DNA of 64,000 bases from Thermodesulfobacteriota bacterium (GTDB taxonomy: Bacteria; Desulfobacterota_D; UBA1144; Nemesobacterales; CSP1-2): NCBI GenBank assembly GCA_049682815.1, contig JBAUII010000068.1:4738-68737 (forward strand). Direction: 5' to 3'. Of this stretch, positions 20,502-28,964 are shown piece after piece. The position numbers and the translations under genes are program-made. The notes under the pieces are model-generated. The model was not told the origin of the DNA. It made no database searches and worked only from the letters and a program-made list of their open reading frames with translations. Numbering within the stretch: the first letter of the stretch is position 1; each line of letters opens with the position of its first letter.

Positions 20502-21347
20502 CTACTCTTGAGCAAGGAATTTATCAATTTCCGTCTTAAACACCTGAAATGGCTGTGCTCCGCGGATGTATACTCCGGTCATTTCGTTTTCATTATCTTC
20601 GGTTTTTCCAATGAAGAAACTCGGGGTCCCCCTTACTCCGTATAATTGACCTTCCTGAAAATCTTTATTAATCTCAGTTTCCTTTGTCTTATCGTTCACG
20701 CATTGTTCGAATTTCTCGTGGTTGAGATTTAATTCCACTGTAGAGCTGAGTATACTGGCCGTATCGAGCTTATTCGGGTTTTCAAACAAAAAGTCGTGAA
20801 CTTCCCAGTATTTTCCCTGTTCGCCGGCGCAGTTGGCAGCGATGGCGGCGGGGAGGGCATTTTTGTGAAATTCTAGTGGATAGTCTCTAAACACAAGCCG
20901 GACCTTGCCCGTGGTAATATATTCTTTCTCCAATGATGGTAACACCTGATCGTAAAACCTTTTGCAGAACGGACATTGGAAGTCACTAAACTCAACTATC
21001 GTAACGGGTGCCTTTGGATCCCCCTTGATAGGGTCGTCATCTACGCTAACTTTGACATTCTCCGGACTAGGAGGTGTCGGGCGTGCGGGAGGCCTGGAAG
21101 CAGCTAACCTCTTCACCTCTTCAATCGCATTCGATATCTGTTGATCCCGAGCAGTTATGTCGCTCTTGACTGACTCCAGTTCTAGGAGTATCCATGCACT
21201 TAGCACGATGCTTATCAAAACACCTACCGCGATCAATCCTAAAAATATTTTCATCAACGGTGCCTCCTTGACTAGTGTTAACCGTACATATTCTAATGTA
21301 TCTTTACGTAATATCAAAAGATAAGAGGATTCAGTGGTTCTTGACAT
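20502..21347 (-). CDS. Membrane-anchored DsbA-like thiol:disulfide oxidoreductase (thioredoxin fold)
   Basis: N-terminal TM helix, a coiled-coil segment, and a thioredoxin-fold domain with the CPFC active site. Confidence 0.7.
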   Translation of the reverse strand: MSRTTESSYLLILRKDTLEYVRLTLVKEAPLMKIFLGLIAVGVLISIVLSAWILLELESVKSDITARDQQISNAIEEVKRLAASRPPARPTPPSPENVKVSVDDDPIKGDPKAPVTIVEFSDFQCPFCKRFYDQVLPSLEKEYITTGKVRLVFRDYPLEFHKNALPAAIAANCAGEQGKYWEVHDFLFENPNKLDTASILSSTVELNLNHEKFEQCVNDKTKETEINKDFQEGQLYGVRGTPSFFIGKTEDNENEMTGVYIRGAQPFQVFKTEIDKFLAQE

Positions 21348-21403
21348 TGGAACTCCTAATCGAAATAATCAAGACGGAACGGACAGCAAATAATTTTTTT
21401 AAA

Positions 21404-22171
21404 TTGTTCTCAGGAAAGGAAGGTGCCAAAATAAAGGCCCATATTTTTATAACTTGCCTAATCGATGCCCTTTTCCCCCATGTCGGCGAAAGCATGGTAG
21501 CTGTTCTCCGACGAATTGGGGTAGATCTTGAGTTTCTTGACGACCAAACCTGCTGCGGACAGCCTGCTTTTAATAGCGGGTATCATACCGATGCCAAAAT
21601 ACTCGCAAGGAGATTTCTCTCGATATTTGATAAAGGCGACTATATCGTCTGTCCGTCTGGTTCATGCACCAGCATGGTAAAGATTTTTTATAAGGAACTG
21701 TTGAAGAATGATCCGGAGATGCATGAGATCACCGAGAGGGTATCGGCGAGGACTCGTGAATTTTCTGATTTCATCGTTAACGTACTAAACAGGGAGGACG
21801 TAGGTGCTTCGTTTAATGGGAAGGTTACATATCACGACTCCTGCCATCTTTTAAGAGAGCTAGGGGTTAAAGATGAACCAAGAAAGCTGATTAATTCTGT
21901 AAAGGGGATTGATTTTATTGACATGAGCAACAGCGATGCGTGCTGTGGGTTCGGGGGAACGTTTTCAATAAAGTTTCCGAATGTATCCGTCTCGATTTTA
22001 GATGAGAAGATTGAAAATATCACAAACACAGGTGCGGATGCCGTAATATCAGCCGATATGGGATGTCTTATGCAGATCGGCGGGGCGTTAAGGAGAAGAA
22101 AGATCCCTATCAAGACGATGCATCTGGCGGAACTACTCGCCTCGGATCAAACCCAAAAATCAATAATTTAA
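21404..22171 (+). CDS. lutA: LutA-like Fe-S oxidoreductase (CCG-domain protein; lactate-utilisation/glycolate-oxidase subunit family)
   Basis: KAHIFITCLIDALFP...QTCCGQP..NSG and a second CCG motif (DACCGFGG). The ORF opens at ATG 21275. The in-frame TTG at 21404 is preferred as the start, but this choice is uncertain. Confidence 0.65.
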   Translation: MFSGKEGAKIKAHIFITCLIDALFPHVGESMVAVLRRIGVDLEFLDDQTCCGQPAFNSGYHTDAKILARRFLSIFDKGDYIVCPSGSCTSMVKIFYKELLKNDPEMHEITERVSARTREFSDFIVNVLNREDVGASFNGKVTYHDSCHLLRELGVKDEPRKLINSVKGIDFIDMSNSDACCGFGGTFSIKFPNVSVSILDEKIENITNTGADAVISADMGCLMQIGGALRRRKIPIKTMHLAELLASDQTQKSII

Positions 22172-22179
22172 TCTTAGAA

Positions 22180-23613
22180 ATGAGTGTACATAGTCACGAT
22201 TTTAAAATTGGGTCGGACAGGGCCTTGAAAAATGAAAATCTCCAAAAGGCGTTGAGATATACGACAGATCGCTTTAGGGAAAGAAGAAAATCCGCAGTAG
22301 CAGCCGTGGATAACTGGGAGGACTTAAGATCCCTCGCAAGAGAGATAAAACAGGAAACGATTTCAAATCTTGATAAGTACTTGGAGCTGCTAGAAGAAAA
22401 CGTCGTAAAAGCCGGAGGAATTGTTCACTGGGCGAAGGATGCGGATGAGGCGACCAGAGTAATCTTAGAAATAGCCTTGAAGGGAGGGGTGAAGTCGGTT
22501 GTGAAGAGTAAGTCAATGACAACCGAAGAAATAGAGCTCAACCACGCGCTCGATCAAGCAGGGATAGAGGCAATTGAAACAGACCTCGGCGAGTATATCA
22601 TTCAACTCGCGAAAGAAACTCCATCGCATATAATCGCTCCTGCTATTCACAAATCAAAAGAAGAAATCTCGAGACTATTTTCAGAAAAGTTGAACATTCC
22701 CTATTACACTGAACCTGAGGATCTGACAAAGATAGCCAGGGAAAAATTGAGACAAAAGTTTCTCATGGCAGATATGGGAGTCTCAGGAGCAAACTTTGCT
22801 GTGGCAGAGACCGGTACTATCGTGATTGTCGAGAATGAAGGGAATGCTAGGCTCACAACTACCTTGCCCAGGGTTCATGTCGCCTTGATGGGTATAGAAA
22901 AGGTTATTCCGCACTTCGAGGATTTGGCACTGTTTCTCAGCATACTGGCAAGAAGCGCCACGGGCCAAAAGATGTCCTCATATGTGTCTCTCATAACCGG
23001 CCCGAAGAGGCGAGGTGAAAAAGATGGCCCTGAAGAATTTCATCTTGTTCTACTAGATAATGGAAGGTCAAATATTCTGGCTTCTGATGAAACCAGGGAA
23101 TCCCTTTATTGTATAAGGTGTGGAGCCTGTCTTAACATCTGTCCTGTTTACAGAAAGGTTGGGGGCCACTCATATGGATGGGTCTATTCCGGTCCTATTG
23201 GTGCGATTATATCTCCACAACTCCTAGGGCTTGACAGAGCACCGGACCTTCCATTCGCTTCCTCTCTCTGTGGAGCGTGTAAGGATGTTTGTCCACTTAA
23301 AATCGATATACCAAAGGTTTTACTGGAGCTCAGGAAAAGAGTTATTGAAGAAAAAGGCCGAGCGAATAGGGTAGGGGTTGATAAGCTAGAGAAACTTGGA
23401 ATAAAGATCTGGCGGTTAGCAATGGAGCATACCTGGCTTTATAGCTATTTGTTGACATTGGCATATTACGGCCAGCGAATGTGGCTCCACGGAAGAGCAG
23501 ATGAAAGGAAAATCCTCCCACTCCCATTTCCACGATGGACAAAATACAGGGAGTTTCCAACGATAGCAAAAAAGACCTTCAGGAAGAGATGGAAGGAAAT
23601 AAGAGACAAGTAA
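22180..23613 (+). CDS. lutB: LutB-like iron-sulfur protein (LUD domain plus 2x[4Fe-4S] ferredoxin motifs)
   Basis: CIRCGACLNICPVY and CGACKDVCP cluster motifs. The ATG at 22180 lies 9 nt after the lutA stop; the longer ORF starting at 22063 overlaps lutA. Confidence 0.75.
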   Translation: MSVHSHDFKIGSDRALKNENLQKALRYTTDRFRERRKSAVAAVDNWEDLRSLAREIKQETISNLDKYLELLEENVVKAGGIVHWAKDADEATRVILEIALKGGVKSVVKSKSMTTEEIELNHALDQAGIEAIETDLGEYIIQLAKETPSHIIAPAIHKSKEEISRLFSEKLNIPYYTEPEDLTKIAREKLRQKFLMADMGVSGANFAVAETGTIVIVENEGNARLTTTLPRVHVALMGIEKVIPHFEDLALFLSILARSATGQKMSSYVSLITGPKRRGEKDGPEEFHLVLLDNGRSNILASDETRESLYCIRCGACLNICPVYRKVGGHSYGWVYSGPIGAIISPQLLGLDRAPDLPFASSLCGACKDVCPLKIDIPKVLLELRKRVIEEKGRANRVGVDKLEKLGIKIWRLAMEHTWLYSYLLTLAYYGQRMWLHGRADERKILPLPFPRWTKYREFPTIAKKTFRKRWKEIRDK

Positions 23614-23615
23614 AT

Positions 23616-24353
23616 ATGGAACTTGGTTCTAGGGATAAGGTGCTAAGAAGGATAAAGAGTGCCCTTCACGGGTCAAGCAGTGACAGCAGATCCGGTTCAG
23701 AACCTGTATCCCATAAGCTCGGTCGCCTTGTCAAGGACAAGATTCCCATCAAGTCAGATAATAACCTCGAGCGAGAAGACCGGGACCTTATTGACATATT
23801 CACAAACGAGCTTGGTAAGGTAAACGGGCTGTCTAAAGTTCTGAGTAACGAGGCTGAGGTCAGGGAATATATATCAAACGTAACTACCGAACATGATTCA
23901 AAATCCTTCATAGTATGGGAAACGGCTCTAATCAACCAGTTGAAGGTTATTGAATATCTTAAAAGTAATGGCCTTAGAGCGATCAAGTCGCATGATAAAA
24001 TGCATCTTGAAAGAGCAGATATAGGCATTACCGAGGCAGACTATGCAATCGCAGACTCGGCCACATTGGTTTTGTTCTCGAATCCAAGGAAAGCAAGGCT
24101 GGTATCCCTCATAACGCCGATTCATATAGCTATATTGGACTCGAAAAAGATCGTTCGGAATATTTTCGATTTATTTCAGGTACTTACGCAAGAATATGAC
24201 GAGGAATTACACTCTAAAGACATCATGAGTTGCATTACGTTTATCACAGGTCCTAGCAGAACCGCAGACATAGAACTGAACCTTACATTAGGAGTACACG
24301 GCCCTAAGGAAGTTCATGTTTTGATATATAATAATATTGATGGTAGGTTATAA
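23616..24353 (+). CDS. lutC: LutC-like (LUD/DUF162 domain) protein
   Basis: It follows lutB immediately (TAAATATG). LUD-domain family by position and by composition. Confidence 0.6.
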   Translation: MELGSRDKVLRRIKSALHGSSSDSRSGSEPVSHKLGRLVKDKIPIKSDNNLEREDRDLIDIFTNELGKVNGLSKVLSNEAEVREYISNVTTEHDSKSFIVWETALINQLKVIEYLKSNGLRAIKSHDKMHLERADIGITEADYAIADSATLVLFSNPRKARLVSLITPIHIAILDSKKIVRNIFDLFQVLTQEYDEELHSKDIMSCITFITGPSRTADIELNLTLGVHGPKEVHVLIYNNIDGRL

Positions 24354-24478
24354 ACATCTCTTAACACTATGCATTAGTTTATGAAGTCAGATTGTGAATC
24401 GATTAATTACTATAATATACGCTAGTTACACAAATATTATAATGTGACACATTAGTGCCCTTATCTAACCTACTAAGG

Positions 24479-25207
24479 TTATTGGATACCCTTTGGTTCG
24501 CGCATCCAATCTCTAGCATTGAAGGCTTCACCGGTCACATTAATTGAGTCATCAGATGCTAGATATACAAAAATCGGCGCTATATCATCCGGGGTCGGAA
24601 GCGTTTCAGGATCTTCCTCTGGATAGGCCCCAGCACGCATCTCTGTTCTTGTACCGCCCGGATTGACAGAGTTAACCCGTACTCTTGACCTTAATTCATC
24701 TGCAAGTACCTGTGTTAAGCCCTCGAGTCCGAATTTGGATGCTGCATAGGCTCCCCATTCAGCTTTCCCGCGTCTTCCGACGCTTGAACTAACATTGATT
24801 ATTGAAGCATTATCTGCATTCAATAATAGCGGGAGGAAGGCCTTGGTCACGAAAAATTGAGCGTTCAGGTTTATATGAATTGTCTTCTGCCAAATATCCT
24901 CGTCATAATCGATGATTGGTTTACGAAGTCCAAGTATGCTGGCATTGTTCACCAGGACATCTAGCTTTCCAAAGCTCCTTTCAATCTTACTTTTCAGCGA
25001 CTTAAGCTGATTCCTCTTAGATATATCCGCTTTGATATATGAGATCTTCCCATATTTGCTCAACTCGTCCCGAGTTCTTTTCAAATCTCTTTCATTTCTT
25101 CCACAAATAATAACAATAGCGCCTTCGTCGAGGAAGCCCCTCGCAATACCTTTGCCAATGCCTTTGCTACCTCCGGTAATGAGAGCAGTCTTATCTTTAA
25201 GCTTCAT
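24479..25207 (-). CDS. SDR family oxidoreductase
   Basis: TGGSKGIGKGIA Rossmann motif, NNAS, YAASK. Confidence 0.75.
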   Translation of the reverse strand: MKLKDKTALITGGSKGIGKGIARGFLDEGAIVIICGRNERDLKRTRDELSKYGKISYIKADISKRNQLKSLKSKIERSFGKLDVLVNNASILGLRKPIIDYDEDIWQKTIHINLNAQFFVTKAFLPLLLNADNASIINVSSSVGRRGKAEWGAYAASKFGLEGLTQVLADELRSRVRVNSVNPGGTRTEMRAGAYPEEDPETLPTPDDIAPIFVYLASDDSINVTGEAFNARDWMREPKGIQ

Positions 25208-25884
25208 ATAAGAGAATATACCACAGATTCGGGAATGATATTATGTCCGATAAGATATATTATGTAAACTAATATTAGTGCATTTCCCAGCGTATCGCCC
25301 TGCCTGAATCAGCTTGGATCTAAAAATATAACATGTAAAGGACAAACGACTACCGTCAATTCGATGTAATTTTTCATTACCCGGTTCGATTGTTAATTTC
25401 AATAATGTATGTATGTTAGAGTAGTTCATTCAGTAACAATAATCCAATCCAGATTCAAATTCTTTGCACTTGTGCTGGTTCTAAGAGAGTTTTATCGGCG
25501 ACCGTTCTAGATGTTAGTGTATAAGCTTTAAGCCACTTTTGTCAATGCAGGTTTTTACAAGATGCAAATTCTTAGACGCTGTTGACTCATATTATAACAG
25601 TATGTCGGTAAGTTAGGCACATCATGTTATATTATGGTTTAGCAGTGTTACGATAATAGATTAAGTGGAGGCTATTACAGTCTATGATTATTAAATAATT
25701 GACGAATATTTCTGTTGATTTCTTTCCGGCGGCTTAAATAAAATCAATCGATCTTGGCGGGACTTGAGGTTAAAGATCGCCCCTACCCTTTCAGAATAAA
25801 AAATTTTAAGGACTTAGAAATTTTGGGGTTTTTGGTTAATCTAGTAATGAGCCTGATATCGGAGAATGAGTTTTGGTCGAGAAT

Positions 25885-26853
25885 ATGAGAGAGATTATAG
25901 GAATTGATGCGGGAGGTTCAAAAACCAGGGTTCTCCATGCTTCTGTGGATACCATTGCGAGGTTTAGATTAATGATGGAAGCCCGGTTCGATGCCTATAA
26001 TTATAGACAGGATGGAAAAACCGGTCTTAATAAGCTTATTAGACAAATCCTCAGTACTTTGAAGATCAGAGATATTAAAAGGACCCTTCTGCTCGGTGGA
26101 TTTGCCGGTGCAGGAACACCCAAATGTCATAACGATATTCAAAGAACATTCGAGAAACATGGGTTTCCTAGGAGCTTGATCAATATTACAAGCGACGCTG
26201 ACCTGCTTTTAATGGCAATCGGCAATATCGGGATAGTTTTAACCGCAGGAACAGGGTCGATATGTATAGGCAGGAGAAAGGTATCAGAGCAAGGGAGGGA
26301 AATAAACATCCGCGCGGGGGGTTACGGGTTTCGGATGTACTCAGAGCCAGGGGGATATCAATTGGGAATGAGAGCGATTGATGCTGCGCTCAAGGTAGAA
26401 GATGGGAGAGGACAAGAATCTACTGTTTTATATACGAGGATAAAGGATTATTTTGGGGTTAGCCGTCTTGAAGAGATAAGTGCATTAATATACTCTCGAA
26501 CAGCCAGAAACATCAATGTTAACAGGCAGATAGCGGGTATTTCTAAGGTCGTACTTAAAGCCGCTCAGGAAGGCGATAAAACGGCAATTCATCTCGTTAT
26601 AGAGCTGGTCGATAATTTTGTGGACCATATCCAGGGCGTGTACAACAAACTGGGACTAAAAAGTCCTCTAGTTGGGTTACATGGAGGACTATTTGCCGAC
26701 CCACACAGTGAAGAACTCCTCGTAAGACCATTGATACAACATGCGCTGTTGAGTAAGTATGGTTTGAGATTTATCAGATTGGGAACAGGAAAAGCCGATA
26801 CCGATCCCCTGATAGAGGCTATGAAGTGCGCGTTTCTTAAGAGGCAAAAATGA
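25885..26853 (+). CDS. BadF/BadG/BcrA/BcrD-type ATPase (N-acetylglucosamine kinase-like, ASKHA fold)
   Basis: N-terminal IGIDAGGSKTR phosphate-1 motif. A second glycine-rich GTGSI segment. Confidence 0.65.
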   Translation: MREIIGIDAGGSKTRVLHASVDTIARFRLMMEARFDAYNYRQDGKTGLNKLIRQILSTLKIRDIKRTLLLGGFAGAGTPKCHNDIQRTFEKHGFPRSLINITSDADLLLMAIGNIGIVLTAGTGSICIGRRKVSEQGREINIRAGGYGFRMYSEPGGYQLGMRAIDAALKVEDGRGQESTVLYTRIKDYFGVSRLEEISALIYSRTARNINVNRQIAGISKVVLKAAQEGDKTAIHLVIELVDNFVDHIQGVYNKLGLKSPLVGLHGGLFADPHSEELLVRPLIQHALLSKYGLRFIRLGTGKADTDPLIEAMKCAFLKRQK

Positions 26854-27093
26854 CTTGATTTTTAAACATTATCCTTTACGTACTTTTAAGAGAAAGTGGA
26901 ACCTACACGGATACTCATCGGATAATATTCTCCAAATTTCTCCCCCTATTCCTTGTCAGCGATCTTCCATAATATGATGAATTCTTGTGTTTTATTTTCA
27001 AATCAATTAATCTAACATCTTGAAAAATAAGGTTTATCTATTATATTAAAACTATTTTATAATCAACTAAAATAGAAATCAGAGGTTCTTAAC

Positions 27094-27441
27094 ATGCCGA
27101 TATATGAATATGAGTGTACCAAATGTGGTGAGATTACCGAAGCACTCCAGGGCTTTAATGACAAGCCGCTTAAGAGATGCAAGTCTTGTAAGGGGAAACT
27201 AGAAAGAATAGTATCCCTCTCGTCATTCCACTTGAAGGGCAACGGGTGGTATTCAACTGATTATGCAAAGAATGCTGGAATTCCCCCGAAGGCCGAAGCC
27301 CAGGATAATCCGGCAATTTCGGACAGTACAAACGCAACTAAACCGAGCGCGGATGTGGATAAGAAAACAGCCGCCGATCCAAAACCGGCCGGATCATCCA
27401 GACGGGTTATCCAAAAAAACGGCATACAAAGGTCTGAATAG
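27094..27441 (+). CDS. FmdB-family zinc-ribbon protein with disordered C-terminal tail
   Basis: MPIYEYEC.KCG...CKSCKG is the canonical FmdB CxxC..CxxC start. The tail is Pro/Ala/Lys-rich. Confidence 0.7.
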   Translation: MPIYEYECTKCGEITEALQGFNDKPLKRCKSCKGKLERIVSLSSFHLKGNGWYSTDYAKNAGIPPKAEAQDNPAISDSTNATKPSADVDKKTAADPKPAGSSRRVIQKNGIQRSE

Positions 27442-27625
27442 TATCTTTAAGACAACCCTGTTTTCTTATTCATTTCAGAAGCATTCCAATACACGAAGTA
27501 CCTTAAATCGAACTTATCTAATTAGTCCTAATGTGTAAATGTATTCTTGATATATTCTTTCCCGGTATCCTTTTTCTGCGTTTTCGACTTATACTTTAAT
27601 TTCAGCAAGGGGGAAAAATCGAAAA

Positions 27626-28417
27626 ATGGATCTTGGAATAAAAAATAAGGTCGCAATTGTAGCGGCATCCAGTAAAGGCTTGGGCAAGGGAGTCGCGCTC
27701 GGACTCGCTGAGGAAGGCGTGAATCTGACAATCTGTGCCAGGGGGATAGAGGCATTAGAAGCAACCGCCGAAGAAATAAGGTCCAAAACCGGCGTCGTTG
27801 TTCTACCAATCCAGGCAGACGTCTCAAATGTCGATGACATTAACCGGGTTGTTTCCGAAACGTTGCTTCATTACTCTAAGCTTCACATACTGATAAACAA
27901 TGCAGGGGGACCTCCCCTCGGCTATTTTGCCGATTTCTCTCTTGAGGATTGGAAACGAGCCTTAGAGCTTAACCTTTTGAGCACTATAGGTTTCATCAAG
28001 GAATCAATCCCACACATGAGAAAACAAAAATGGGGAAGGATCGTAAACATAACGTCAGTAGCCGTTAAGCAGCCAATCGACGGGCTAATCCTGTCGAATA
28101 CATCAAGGGCTGGAGTGATAGGTCTCACCAAAACATTATCCAATGAATATGCTAAGGATAATATTTTATTCAACAATGTTTGCCCCGGCAGAATACTTAC
28201 CGACAGGATCATCCAGCTCGCCGAAGCCAGAGCCAAGAATGCCAGTATGAGCGTTGAAGAAGTGTTATCCTCTATGGAAAAAGACATCCCGATCGGAAGG
28301 ATCGGTAAACCGAACGAATTGGCCGACCTCGTCGTATTTCTTTCATCAGAAAGGGCAAGTTATATAACTGGAACAACTATACAGGTGGACGGAGGAGCTG
28401 TGAAAGGAATATATTAG
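27626..28417 (+). CDS. SDR family oxidoreductase
   Basis: VAASSKGLGKGVA, NNAG, and a Y/K active site. Confidence 0.75.
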   Translation: MDLGIKNKVAIVAASSKGLGKGVALGLAEEGVNLTICARGIEALEATAEEIRSKTGVVVLPIQADVSNVDDINRVVSETLLHYSKLHILINNAGGPPLGYFADFSLEDWKRALELNLLSTIGFIKESIPHMRKQKWGRIVNITSVAVKQPIDGLILSNTSRAGVIGLTKTLSNEYAKDNILFNNVCPGRILTDRIIQLAEARAKNASMSVEEVLSSMEKDIPIGRIGKPNELADLVVFLSSERASYITGTTIQVDGGAVKGIY

Positions 28418-28436
28418 GTCCATAGCTTGATTCAGG

Positions 28437-28964
28437 ATGAAGGACAATTATGATTTCGCAAAATCATACAACAGATCAATCTTAGTGCTGTCATTGCTCG
28501 TAACGGTGTTTTATGTACTGAATACTTACATTGCCGAAATAAGTTCTCCTGAAGAGAAAGCTCCGATTTCCAAACCCGTTCACATTGAGATAGCAAAAGA
28601 AGGTGAACCACCCTACATTGTTCAATTGGATGACAATCATGAAGTCAATAAATTTGTCGAATCATATCGACTTCAGAGGCCCCCAAAGAATGGTGACAAG
28701 TTGATTATCACCGGGGAAAATAAAATAATATTCTCTAGGATAAACGGAAGAAAGAGCTTAGCCTTGGGAGTTTCCATCGGAATAAATTCCGCAACCTTCG
28801 AGGATCTCAAAACGCTGCCGGGGATAGGTCCGAAAATAGCTAAAAGAATTATCGAGTATAGAAAATTGAATGGTATCTTTAAGAATCTATATGAGTTAAG
28901 AAAAGTCCATGGAATAGGAGAAAAGAAGTTTAAATCGTTAAAGCAGCTTATAAGCCTGGATTAA
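28437..28964 (+). CDS. comEA: ComEA-like helix-hairpin-helix DNA-binding protein
   Basis: N-terminal TM helix. C-terminal tandem HhH (LPGIGPKIAKRII ... VHGIGEKKF). Confidence 0.7.
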   Translation: MKDNYDFAKSYNRSILVLSLLVTVFYVLNTYIAEISSPEEKAPISKPVHIEIAKEGEPPYIVQLDDNHEVNKFVESYRLQRPPKNGDKLIITGENKIIFSRINGRKSLALGVSIGINSATFEDLKTLPGIGPKIAKRIIEYRKLNGIFKNLYELRKVHGIGEKKFKSLKQLISLD

